Assembly: GCA_030324005.1 (NCBI GenBank)
Contig: JARDVH010000099.1
Coordinates: 63,736,167 to 63,800,166 of the forward strand
Source of the DNA: Negaprion brevirostris
Taxonomy: Eukaryota
Reading direction: 5' to 3'
DNA length: 64,000 nucleotides
Position 1 is the first letter of the stretch. Each line of letters opens with the position of its first letter. The translations under genes and the position numbers were made by a program. The notes beneath the pieces were generated by a model. The model was not told where the DNA came from. It worked only from the letters and a program-made list of their open reading frames with translations, and did not search any database. This document shows, in pieces, positions 1 through 11,517 of the stretch.

Positions 1-600
1 GAGATTCAGCTGCAACATTCATTTGCAAGTACTATGACAAGCGATTTTGCTGAACTTCTGTCCTCTTCGTAGGCCAGCGAACAAATCCACAATCAATGGT
101 AACAGGTATTGATTTGCATAGAGAACTGGATTGATTGTTGTCTTGAAATCTCTGCAAGTACATGCAAGGCTGTTCTGTTTTGCTACAGGCATTATAGGGG
201 TTGCCCGGTCACTGATAGTGACGGGTCCTAAAACTCCTGTGTTTACAAGTCTCTTCAATTATGATTCTACCTTTTGGATGTATAGCATAAGGTACTGCTC
301 TAACCTAGAGACTCTGAGGTTGGTTGTTTGGTTTAATCTTGAGTGACAGTTGAACTTCTCTCATTGGTCTCAATTCTATGGCAGTGCAAGCCAACTGTAG
401 CAGTTCCTTTCCTCCAAAGACTTACTGCAGTGCAAAAATCTTTTCTCTGCCACTCTAGCTCCTTACCTATTCCAGTGGTATATATGGCGAGCTCTGCAGC
501 CTGAACTCCTCAGCTGCAGGTTTAATTAACTTTTCTGCCAACACGTCTGATCTCAGGTGCTGTTGCCGAATCCTTTGTTGATCTTGTCCGGTGTCTGGAC
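1..600 (-). mobile_element. Decayed Ty3/Gypsy pol fragment (protease end and RT N-terminus)
   Basis: Minus frame reads RAVPYAIHPKVES*LKRLVNTGVLGPVTISDRATPIMPVAKQ...CRDFKTTINPVLYANQYLLPLIVDLFAGLRRGQKFSKI, a typical Gypsy RT start (CGDFKVTIN...YPLP...FSKIDL); contains stops and frameshifts. Confidence 0.85.
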
Positions 601-704
601 TTCCAGTTGTCTTCCGATTATTTCAATTTTGCTTGTATATTTTGAGTTGAAGAGTTAAAATCCTACGCTCTTCACTGGTTTTCTTTCAAAGCCTATGCTG
701 TAAA

Positions 705-830
705 CAATATGCAAAGGTATGGAGAAAAGGGCAGCGGAATGTCACAAAGTCATCATGCTCATTTGGAGAGTCAGTGCAGGCATGATGGGCTGAACAGCCT
801 CCTGTGTCACTTTTGTGATTCTGTGATTTC
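705..830 (+). mobile_element. CR1-type LINE 3' end fragment
   Basis: ggtatggagaaaagggc...gatgggctgaacagcctcct... ending in tgattctgtgatt microsatellite tail. Confidence 0.65.
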
Positions 831-982
831 TTATTTCATAAGAGAAATAACTACTCTTTTTGGCATTCTGGTAATATCCTTCAGTGGTTATGTTTCATGG
901 TTTTGATTTGTGGATTGGAAACAGCACAGAATTTTGTACTAATTTGAAATTATTAAATTTTGCTTTACTGACAATGAACCAG

Positions 983-1296
983 AGGCACAATGGTTAGCAC
1001 TGCTGCCTCACAGCACCAGGGACCCAGGTTCAATTCTGGACTCGCGTCACTGTCTCAGTGGAGTTTACATGCTCTCCCTGTGTCTGCATAGTGCCCCGAT
1101 TTCCTCTGAGTCCAAAGATGTGCAGGTTAGGTTGATTGGCCATGCTAAATTGCCCCTTACTGTTCCGGGATGTGTATATTCGAGGGATTAGCAGGGTAAA
1201 TGTGTGGAGTTACGGGTATAGGGCCTGCGTGGGATTGTTGTCGGTACAGATTTGATGGGCTGAATGGCCTTCTTCTGCACTGTAGGGTTTCTATGA
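983..1296 (+). mobile_element. HE1-like tRNA-derived V-SINE (CR1/HER1-type tail)
   Basis: A-box ggcacaatggttagc, B-box ggttcaattct, V-domain ggttaggttgattggccatgctaaattgcccc, tail gatgggctgaatggccttcttctgcactgtagggtttctatga. Confidence 0.88.
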
Positions 1297-2267
1297 ATGG
1301 AACCTCACTTACATTTATGATGTATAATGTAAGGAAAAATTCTGCACAAAATGTCTGCTTCCAGATTCTTTCAGTAGTTTTGAAGGATAAAGTAAGACAA
1401 CACAGGATAATGCGAGTGCATTTTTCAGGTATTTCAAGTCACAACATGTAAGGACATGGTATAATTTAAGGGGCTCTGTTTCCCTTTTGAGATTGTCCCT
1501 TTGTATCGGCTGGTGCAAAAGTGCAGTTCATTTGCAGTATTCTGAAAACAAATTGTGAAATGTTAACAATACGCTTGCCTTGGTAGTTAGCCAATTTAAA
1601 AAAATGGCATGAGAAATCGTATTGGTTAAGAGGGCCCTTTGGAGGAGGGATGCGGGATAGTGGGGGGGTAGTCCTAATATTGGACACATTCACAATCCCT
1701 TCCCAGGGCTACTTTCTGAACAAAGGCTCTCTATCAAATGTGAAGCACAACCAACCATCGTTTTGGAGGATTCCATTGTACTCGCCCAAGTAGTCAAGTC
1801 AAAAGTAAATTGATTTTTGTTTGGAAGTGGAGAACGTTGTTTGGGTACTTCTGGGCAATGAAATGGTGCACCATAAGTAGAAACATGAAAGTTGAGATGG
1901 ATGTATAGGGCTGAAACAAACTCTAACAAAAGGGAGGACTGTATAATAGGTTTTGCAATTGTATGGGTACACATGGGTCTATAGGGTTTCCTGTTTTTAA
2001 TTAGATTTTGTTGATTTTTTTTTGCAAGATTCAATTCATTCTTGTGAATCAGATTGTTGGATTGCAATACTGCACACTGCCTATGTGAGATGATGCATAA
2101 TTAAAGCAGACTCAAATAGCTGATCACACTTCTCACCTACACATTGTTTAAGTGGTCACTAAGGATGTTTTACAAAGCAGATGTGTGCTTCATAATTACA
2201 ATTTGTTGGTTGTGGTTCAGCAATTATTGCAGAATAGCTTATTTTTCTAATTTGTTTATTGTTACAG

Positions 2268-2425
2268 ATGCTATGAATCTATGTTTGAGCCTGATTACAC
2301 AAGGTTTGGAAGAAACGGCTTTCCAGGTGTTGAAAACCTTTCCCACGTTTCAGCCTGAGAATCAAAATGGAGATTCATTAGACCTTGGTAACTTCTTTAT
2401 CCGGCACTGTATTAATCTAGACAAG
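2268..2425 (+). CDS. LRPPRC: LRPPRC coding exon (human exon 9 equivalent)
   Basis: ttacag|AT...ACAAG|gtaagg; encodes (D)AMNLCLSLITQGLEETAFQVLKTFPTFQPENQNGDSLDLGNFFIRHCINLDK, matching human [22 protein letters not shown]...FGSFFLQHCVTM; phase 1 to 0. Confidence 0.95.
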
Positions 2426-2629
2426 GTAAGGCCAAGTAATTTGGCAATAAGCACACAATTTTATGGTACCAAATCAACATTCGTATTGTTGTCGTATAAA
2501 TTGGTAACTGTAAATTTTGCACAAGTCAGTACACATTAATTTATGCTTGGGTCATATTCTTAGTTCCCAACCTCATAATGCTCCCTTTGTAATGAATACC
2601 GTTAGTATTTCACTCAATTTGTACAGCTT

Positions 2630-2990
2630 CCAAATTGCTCTCTGCCTCAAATACTCCATTTTCCTCTAGGACTTTCTTAACATGCTCTTTTTTTGACTTC
2701 TCCCCTTGCACAACACAACACCAGCAATATTATTTTTGTTCCGCCACTGTAACTTTGTCTCCAGAGTATCCCAAGTTCCATTCTTCATTCATTCCTTTTC
2801 CCTTGTTTACATGTTGTTTCTCTATGATATTAATGGACATTTTGTCTGTTTCCATATGCATGGCGATAAAATTCAGCCCCATTTCACTTTGTTATCCACT
2901 TGACGTCACAGCCATCACGGTTATTGGATTGTATGACCAGTAGCAAGACTTGGATGACCTAGCTGCCTATTCAGTACAGGATCTCAGTCT
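2630..2990 (+). mobile_element. Old L2-clade LINE RT remnant
   Basis: VYMLFLYDINGHFVCFHMHGDKIQPHFT resembles L2 IYMLPLGDII..HxVSFHMYADDTQLY. Confidence 0.65.
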
Positions 2991-4243
2991 TCAGCAATGC
3001 TCCCTTAATTTTTTCCACCCATGTGCAGAATGGATTTTACAAGCGCCTATATCAAGATAGAGTGAAAAACCTATACATAGCATACATCTTCAAAATGTCA
3101 CCATAGATATGGAAGGAGAACAAAGAATAACATCACTAACCTTTGGGATGATAACATGTGAATGCACAAATTTAAAAAGTTTATTAATTCAACTTTAAAT
3201 TTATCATGGTGACATTTGAACTCTGACCTCGAGTTTTAAGTTGAGCACTATAACCTCTGCACCACCTTACATGAGAGAGGCGTTTGTTTGTGTTTCTATA
3301 GTAGCTTGTATTTTGGTCCTTTAACAGAGGAAAGGTTGAATTGGTAGCAATGGCTCAAGACAAGGCTTTTTTGTTTTCATTTGACAAGCTGAAAAAAACT
3401 AAGGACTTAAACCAGCTATGAATAGTGAGGTAACTAGCTTAGTCAATGCTTCACATCAAAAAACACAATCAGGCAGAAGTAAGTGTGAATTTGGGGAGAG
3501 GTTGCCTTTTGTGAACTGAGTGTGAAGATCAGAGAAAGTCTCTGCAAATTAAATGAATACTGAAGATGGAAGTTACATGTGGGGAAGAGTGTTGTGATGA
3601 AGATAAATGGAACTCCTGGAGGGAGAAGGATTGTTGACTGCTTTGGTGAAGTAGTGGCATTTATTTCACTTAGTGTTTTTCAAGTGATAATTGAAAGTAA
3701 CTAAACTTGCCTCTTTCCCCGCCCTGCCATCTCCACTGAGTGGCAGCAAACTTTGTTTAGCCATCATGGGCGTGGCTGTAATAATTAGAGATATGGTATG
3801 TGATAGGACTGTAATGCAGTTGCGTAGGCACACAGCTTCAGAGGGTCTACTAGCCTTCAGGTAACTCAGCCATACCCTTAAAATCAGTACCCTGAACAGA
3901 TTCAAGTGCTGCTTGCTTCCATCAAGGTTGGAAGCTTTCATANNNNNNNNNNTGTCAATCAAATTTTTTTTTTCCCTTGGTACTCTTGCTTAATTTCTAT
4001 TTCTGTTATATGAAGTACCTTTGGACATTTTCTTGTTTAAAGGTATGCTATAGAACTGGTAATTGGTCATTGGGTATAAGTTGATTCTTCTGGATGCTTT
4101 TCACAATTGATTGGACAAGTGTGGATGAGAAAAAAATTCACCCACCCATTATTACATCGTACTGAACCATTTCCATTTGTCATTTGGGTGCTTATTTTCT
4201 TTGAGGAAGAAAATGATTTCTACTTTTTCCTGTTGTATTTTAG

Positions 4244-4349
4244 CCAATAGAGAAGTTGTGTCACTTCTGTGAGGGACTGCAGGAGGCCAAATTGCACTCG
4301 ACTCCTTTCCAGTTTGCTCTTCATTGTGCGCTAGATGCCAGAAAAAACG
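4244..4349 (+). CDS. LRPPRC: LRPPRC coding exon (exon 10 equivalent)
   Basis: ttttag|CCA...AACG|gtatgt; PIEKLCHFCEGLQEAKLHSTPFQFALHCALDARKN (human [35 protein letters not shown]); 106 nt, phase 0 to 1. Confidence 0.95.
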
Positions 4350-4876
4350 GTATGTATTATATGTAAAACTTGAAGGTTGGGAGATGTTGATTGCATGAAA
4401 ATTGTTCATCTTTTCTGACAAAGCCATTCATTATAGGCTTGTGTGAAGTTTAAAATCATGAACTTTCTTAAGGGAATTTCCATACCTTTAAAGAAAGGTG
4501 TTTAGAGCATGCTACGCAGGAGTATACGGATGAGTTGTTTCCCGCTTTCTATTTTTATTTCCAACCCAAGATCTCCTTTGTAATGCTAAATTGCCTCCTA
4601 AAATTAGAAGGCAATTACATCGGTTGATAGCAAATATTTGTCAAAGTCAAACCAAGCTTAATACTACATGCACAGGGAGGGGGGAGCGGGGTGTTAGATA
4701 TAGGCTTTAGTTTGCAGAGGAAACTTCTGCAATCAGACTGTTCGCAATGTCTCTTTGCATTCATAACAAACTATAGTTTCGTTAAATGGGTCTGCATTTC
4801 CTGAGCTCAACTTGGGATCTCAGATGTGCTGTGAGTAGGACTTGTGTGTCTCAATTTAACAATTACGTTTACAAAA

Positions 4877-5030
4877 AACAAATGCAGATGCTGGAAATCC
4901 GAAGTAAATACTGGAAATATTAATCTGAACTGACAAAATAGCTCATTGATCTGAAATGATTACTTNNNNNNNNNNNNNNNNNNNNNNNNNNNNNNNNNNN
5001 NNNNNNNNNNNNNNNCACTTTGCATTTATT
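4877..5030. mobile_element. Penelope-like hairpin repeat fragment (gap inside)
   Basis: aaatgcagatgctggaaatc..., same family as 19646-19788; decayed ctgacaa...gaaa core. Confidence 0.5.
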
Positions 5031-5042
5031 TCTATAAATTCA

Positions 5043-5214
5043 AAGAACAAATAAAATTGCAGCACAAGACAGGCCCTTTGACCCTTTAAGCTTGCCCCAA
5101 CCATAGTGCCCAACTGAACCAAAACACCTTGCCCTTCTGGGGATCATATTCCTCTATTCCCATCCTATTCGTGTATTTGTCAAGATTCTCCTTAAATGTC
5201 ACTACCATATCTTC
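5043..5214 (-). mobile_element. CR1-type LINE 3' end
   Basis: aagaacaaa...cagcacaagacaggccctt...ctctattcccatcctattcgtgtatttgtcaag, reverse of a CR1 ORF2 end and 3'UTR. Confidence 0.7.
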
Positions 5215-5922
5215 AATTTGAGTAAAAGAAAGCACGAAGATGACTGCACAAATGCACTTGACATGTATGAGAGACTTAGATCAGCGGACAAGAATTTCAA
5301 AGTTTCTTCCCAAAAGAGGGTTTCTTTTCATCTCCATAAGCTTCTGATATAGAATGATGTAGGAGTAATAGCATTCCTGTTAACATCACATATCCAAGTT
5401 TTGCCTTTAACCAAAATCTGCAGCATAATAACCCAGTTAGCAGGCCTCTGAGCAGAGTTGTTAATTGAACCATTTTAAATGCGGGTTTTGTGTGATTCAC
5501 GCAGTGCAACCGTAGTGACAAGTAGTAACGATCCAAATATAATTCCTTCTCTTCTGTTTGCATGACGCTAAATTCACAGTATGGCGGGGAAAGAAAATGT
5601 TTAGTTGTTAGCAGTGTTCTTATTTTCAAAGTAAATTTAATTTTATGCATTGTGTCAGAGTTGGTGGAGAACAAGTGAAAGAAAGGCAGTGCATCGACCA
5701 AAATTAAATCTTGTGTGAACCGGTGTTGTTCATCTACCTGAAAATAAAATTGTACTTAATTGGAGGAAAAATCAGCTGCATGGTGCTCTTAGGATGGGTT
5801 GCACTTAGAGCTTAATTGTTCATAATTTATTATCAAAAGTCTTGGGGTAAGACATTATTTTACTCTGGTATATTTCTGTTTAGCACTTGTGATGATTAAA
5901 TAGTTTCATTTTATATTTCTAG

Positions 5923-6030
5923 AAATGTCAATTGAGCTGATGACGATCATGCAGAAGAAAGGTTTACCTGTCAGGCCCCATTATTTTTGGCCTATGCTAG
6001 CCCAACATCAGAAAGAAAAGAATGTACAAG
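5923..6030 (+). CDS. LRPPRC: LRPPRC coding exon (exon 11 equivalent)
   Basis: ttctag|AA...CAAG|gtttgt; (E)MSIELMTIMQKKGLPVRPHYFWPMLAQHQKEKNVQ with the conserved RPHYFWP; 108 nt. Confidence 0.96.
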
Positions 6031-6282
6031 GTTTGTGATATTCTAACCTTTCATTTGCTGAATATTTGCAATAAGATAGCAATTATTTGTCATGGTTGGG
6101 GTAATTGAGAATTCAAATAAGTCTTCAAAAATCTCAAATAAATGAAACTGATCTTAAGTGCAAAGTACTTTTCGTATCAATGTCTTAAAATCTTGCAAAG
6201 CAGTAATTAAAATCCAATCTTTGGTCCTTATTCTATTTCATTCCCTGAGTAGCTTGTGTGCCTGCCATTGTTTCATAACTAA

Positions 6283-6776
6283 GGGCTCAATTTTACCATC
6301 AAGTTGCACCCGTTTTCTGGCGCGGAAACTTGGTAAAGTCGGATGTGAGGCAAGTAGCGCAATCTGCACCCATTCCCCCTTTACCAAGNNNNNNNNNNNN
6401 NNNNNNNNNNNNNNNNNNNNNNNNNNNNNNNNNNNNNNNNNNNNNNNNNNNNNNNNNNNNNNNNNNNNNNNNNNNNNNNNNNNNNNNNNNNNNNNNNNNN
6501 NNNNNNNNNNNNNNNNNNNNNNNNNNNNNTGGCAGGAGAGCGTGTTAAAATTTTTTTTACTGTGCATGCGCAGTTGAAGCCTCCGATTGGAGCAGCGGTG
6601 TTTCAAGTGCATTTAGCTCTGCCCACAGGCTTGTGCAGCGCAATTCGGAATTGTTGATTTTTTTTTCAGGCAAAGTGCGTAAGAGGGCACCAGAGAACGC
6701 ATCTAAAAGTTGGATCTTAAACACTCCCAGATCTAATCTGCCCAGCACTTAAAATCAAAATAGTAAAATCGGGACC
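6283..6776. mobile_element. PIF/Harbinger-type non-autonomous DNA transposon (MITE)
   Basis: TIRs GGGCTCAATTTTACCAT / ATAGTAAAATCGGGACC flanked by a TAA duplication (6280-6282, 6777-6779). Confidence 0.8.
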
Positions 6777-7477
6777 TAAGTGTTATCCTTAAGATGAACA
6801 TTGATTTTATTTGGCATGTAGTTATAATTAAAATTTGTTTCTTAATACTGATTGATTGCTCTTGTGTAGTTCACACTTAATCACAAAAAATTCTTCTAAC
6901 TGCTCTCTTAAAGACAGGTATTACCTTCTAAGTTTTAAGTTTGTCTTTAAGCAATATATTAAAGAGTAGAGTTTGATTTTTGTTTTACACAATTCATTAA
7001 TCTTTTCAAATGCAGTGTCTGATATTGGGAAGCATTGTAGTCATTTTGCACCAAAAGGTGTCCCATGCGCATGAAGGAGATTTTTTTAATTGGTATTGAA
7101 TAAGGAGTTATAAATTAGGCAATGCACTGAGAATTTCTTGTTTTATGAATCTTCAATATCCATCTGAACTTAAAGCTTGGACTTTGCTGTGACGTTTGGT
7201 GTCTCCAACAGTTCAGCAGTTTCACTGAAAGGCACTGAATATCTTTGCATAGATTATGTACTGAACACTGATGTGGGATTCAAAACAAATTCCACCAACT
7301 GAACCAAACTAGTATTAATAGTGAAAATATAATGTTACCGTAGCTTAGCAACTCATTGCAAAGGTGCTTTATAAAGATGCATTTATTTTTCTGGTGTGTA
7401 TTATCATTGGATGTTGCTGTACTTCAGTGGCATGGAGGTATGTATTAATGACTCTAATTGTCTTGTGTATGTCAAGT

Positions 7478-9790
7478 CACAGGAACACGAGTAGACCATT
7501 TAGCCCCTTGACCTTGTTCCACCAATCAATGAAATCATAGTTACCTAATTCTTTATGGCTATCTTTACCAGTGCTCCCTTGAGGCTTCACAGCAGCTTGG
7601 GTGTTTCTGCCTAGGACAAGTGTAAGTTGGCTTCTGTAAATTACTGTGCCTAAATAAAATTTTGAAGGTTCTGCACACAAACATTAGAAGGGATGTTGGC
7701 CTCATATCCTTTGGTACCTTTGGCGAACAGAAATCTATCAATCCTGACTTTTAACATTAACAGTTAATCGAGCATAAATTGCCGTCTGCGAGAAGAGGCT
7801 CGTCAACCCATAGCTCCAATAATTTGCTCAGTATAAGTTTCTTGGTGATATTTTCTTGAGGTCCTTTCTCCCTTCCATTTCATGATCTGTACCCATTTCT
7901 GGGATGTTACTTGTCTCCTCCATAATGAAGGCTGCTGCAAAATGCTGGTTCAGTTTATTTGTCATCTCTTTATTTTCCATTATTGATGCCCTTGACTCAC
8001 TTTCCAAGGGACTTTTAATTTCTCACTTTCCATGCTCACTGCGTCAATTTTTTAAAAAATCTATAGAAACTCTTACTGTTTTTTATTTCTAGCTAGCCGT
8101 CTCACATGCTCTCATTTTTCCCTCCTTATTAATCTTTTAGTCATTCTTCGCTGTTTTTTATATTCTGTCCAATATTTTGACCTGCCAGCCATCCTTGTGC
8201 AATTATGTCTTTTCTTTAAGTTTGATACTGTCTTTAACTTTATTTATGAATACTACGGTGGGTCCTTGAATTTTTTTCTTCTTGTTGGAATGTTTCACCT
8301 TAAATGTTCACCACTGCATCTCTAATGACCTATCCCTTAAACTGATTTGCCAGTTGACTTTAACAAGCTCTGCTTTCATGCCATTATAATTGCCCTTATT
8401 TAAGTCTGAAATTCTGGTCTTGGACTCACACTTCTCTCCCTCAATCTGAATGGAAACTTCAATCATTACAATCACTTTTACCTCGTGGATGCCTTAATTA
8501 ATTAAAGCTATCTTGCTGTACAATACCAGGTCGGGTAGCGCCTGCTCTCTTTTTGACTCCAAGAATGCTAATTTTATCTTTCCATTTGTACTGCTTACAT
8601 TGCCTGCTATCTTTGTGCCATTGGAAAGTTTGGGTGTGCGGCTTTCGATTGTGTTATCTAAGTCTTTTGAGTACAGTGAATAGTTGAGGCCCCAGTACTG
8701 ATCTTTGAGGGACATCAGCAAGTGCACCTTATCAACAAGAGTACTTGCCTGGGGTGGCACAGTGGTTAGCACTGCTGCCTCACAGCGCCAAGGACCTGAG
8801 TTTGATTNNNNNNNNNNNNNNNNNNNNNNNNNNNNNNNNNNNNNNNNNNNNNNNNNNNNNNNNNNNNNNNNNNNNNNNNNNNNNNNNNNNNNNNNNNNNN
8901 NNNNNNNATCAACAAGAGTACTTGCCTGGGGTGGCACAGTGGTTAGCACTGCTGCCTCACAGCGCCAAGGACCTGAGTTTGATTCCTGGTTTAGATCACT
9001 GTCCATGTGGAGTCTACACATTCTCCCCATGTCTGTGTGGCTTTATTTCAGGTGCTCTGGTTTCCTCCCGCAGTCCAAAGATGTATAGGCTAGGTGGATT
9101 GGCCATGTTAAATTCTCCTTCAGTGTACCCAAACAGGCGCTGGAGTGTGGCAGTTTTCATAGTAACCTCATTGCAGTGTTAACATAAGCCTACTTGTGAC
9201 ACTAATGAATAAAGTTTGAAAACTATTATGACTAGTCTCTATCAAACCAAAATCCTAATCAGCTTAATAATTTGCTTTCAGTTCCATGAGCTTCACTTTG
9301 AACTGACAGGAACTTTGTCAAAGGCTGCCTTGAAATCCACGTAAATAACATCCATAAATTTTCTCTTCTCTCCTAATTTAACTATCTACTGGAAAAAAAA
9401 TCCATTAGATTTGTTGGGCCTTAAGTGGCCATTACAGATCCATGCTGGCTCTCTGATCAGCTGAACATTTTCACGTTGCTAACCGGTCTGTAATTCTTTG
9501 GTTTTCCTCTGTAATCTTTGTTTAAATAGCAGAGTGGCATGTGCAGTTTTCCAGTCTGAAAGGACACGTCCAAAATCATGAGAACTTTGTCTATGATGAG
9601 GACATATGCAATGTTTTCTCTTTTTAATACCCTGGAGTGGAAACATGTCTGGTTCTGGGGATTTTCTGCTCTTTGCTACCATTCATTTTCACCATTTACT
9701 GTTAGCTTATTTTCATTTTTCAATGATCTTATTTTGAATTTTTTTTGTCCGTGCTCCTGATTTTGTTGACTTGGAATATCTGGCATGTTC
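7478..9790 (-). mobile_element. Fragmented CR1 LINE(s): 3' tail, RT and linker pieces, interrupted by a SINE
   Basis: Minus KDLDNTIESRTPKLSNGTKIAGNVSS (decayed INDLD...ISKFADDTKIGG); ttgaaatccacgtaaataacatcc = DVIYVDFK; cagtctgaaagg = LSDWKTAHATLLFK. Confidence 0.75.
8928..9222 (+). mobile_element. tRNA-derived V-SINE, tail type B
   Basis: ggtggcacagtggttagcactgctgcctcacagcgcc head; tail cagtgtacccaaacaggcgc...cattgcagtgttaacataagcctacttgtgacactaat. Confidence 0.88.
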
Positions 9791-10059
9791 AAAATGCTGG
9801 TGATTAAGAACTGTAGCCAATCTTTACACACTTTAAATAGAGATGTACATTACAAACATTTACTTCCTAAGCCAACACAAATGAATCCCCAATTAATGCC
9901 TGCCACCTGCATACAGTTATACAGTTAATAATTACAATCTATTACAATTAACGGATTTCTTTCTTGCTAAATAAAAAATTAGTGAATGTGTGTAACCAAA
10001 ATTCCAAAACAAATTAAATCGAATGTCTCCATATGCTGCACAAAACCCTGCACAGCAAG

Positions 10060-11480
10060 GCATCCTTCCTAAAAAATTTTGACAACAGGCACTTCCTTTT
10101 GCAAAACAATTCGACAGTTGATGACTTGCATCCACCCATTTAATTTTAGATATTTGCTATCCCTCCAACATTTGTCACAAATCAGCAAGGTCAACTTGTA
10201 ACCTTTCTTGCTCACGTATTTCATAGTGTGCGTTATCACAATAGGAATGGTATGTCATAGCATTCAACTGGTATATGCTATTGTCCAGAATTGGAGACTT
10301 CACTCTAACATCGGTAACATCCAGTTGCTGTTCCAAACAATTAGCCTTTCATTAATCTTCTAAGTCCCACTAGTACCTTTTCCTACATGCCCCACAATTA
10401 TTGGATCCTTCCATTCGTTGGAGCTTTCTACAAGACATGTCACCCCAATNNNNNNNNNNTGGGCAATTCATCTTTGGATGTGATAATACACTGTCTTTCC
10501 AAAAATATTTGCTGTATCACACTGCATGTCAAATTTAACTTGTGCCTGTCAAAAGAAAGTTTACTCAATAACACAGGTATCTCTCTGGAGACCACATTTG
10601 TACTTAGAAAATGGCTCCCCCCAGGTATTTTAAATGGAATTAGAACATTCTTTCATGGCCTCAATATATTTTCATCACAAACCTTAAAGCAAGTAGTCCT
10701 TGAATATTTCTTATCCCTCTGATAATCCTCAATACTTAGTGAATGAAGATGATGTTCTAATCAATCTGCCCCACATACTGTTGAAGTGCAAGTACTATCA
10801 TGTATTGCACAGTTAAAGAATCCATAACTGACGTGATCAGTGACCTTTAATTTGTTTGGATTCATCACTTTCTTCACCCTCTGCCTCAGAATTCGTCATG
10901 TATTATTTTGGGAACCTTGCATCTTTGCTTTGGGCTGTTCATTGCATTTGAGATCACACTGCAAATATGTATTAACTGTTGTTTCATGTTTACATTCAGT
11001 CATTGTTTTTATTCAAATATTGTCTTCTGCTGTAATAGTCAACCTCATTCTGCCTGCCTTTAATCCCTCTTTTGGATTGACACCTATATCGATTCTGTAC
11101 CACTTCTGAATCTAGCAATCATCAAGTCTTCTACTCTGTCTCACCATGGCATATCTTGTGTTCAGTGAAGGCTGAAGGAAATTAGTGTTCCTCAGGAATT
11201 GTTTTAATCTGACCATGATCCAAAAGGACATTCTCTAAGAACCAACATTAGTTAGAAACAATTACCTGTCAATATGCGAACATCTTAGCATAATTAAGCG
11301 TTAATATTGATCGAGGGATCCCATATTGAGTCGATGGAGTCTGCTCAAGTGCAGGATATATTCTGTGGATAGCCACCTGTTTTCTAAAATCTATCAGATC
11401 CTAACCATGTCTGTTGGGCATTTAGCAGTTCATCTTTGTAGCAAATTTAATCCAAGAACGCTAATGGACATTCCTAACCT
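10060..11480 (-). mobile_element. Decayed Ty1/Copia (GalEa-like) LTR retrotransposon with internal deletion
   Basis: Minus-strand fragments in order: gag, Zn-knuckle remnant (~10940-11020), protease FNCAIHDSTCTSTVCGAD*L (~10760-10820), RNase H EQERLQVDLADL*QMLEG*QISKIKWVDASHQLSNCFAKG (~10080-10230). Confidence 0.72.
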
Positions 11481-11517
11481 AAATCACTGATGGACATCCA
11501 TCTCACAAGGCACTTTT

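Noticed and set aside
983-1060. tRNA-like A/B boxes here and at other SINE heads
   Set aside because: They continue into SINE bodies and lack a complete cloverleaf; not tRNA genes.
1660-1900. Possible ancient SINE/L2-tail remnant (also 18020-18350 and 29770-29990)
   Set aside because: Too degraded to assign a family or boundaries by eye.
8731-8984. Exact 77-bp direct repeat (8731-8807 and 8908-8984)
   Set aside because: The copies flank a round 100-N gap and include unique flank plus SINE start; this is an unmerged contig overlap, not a biological duplication.
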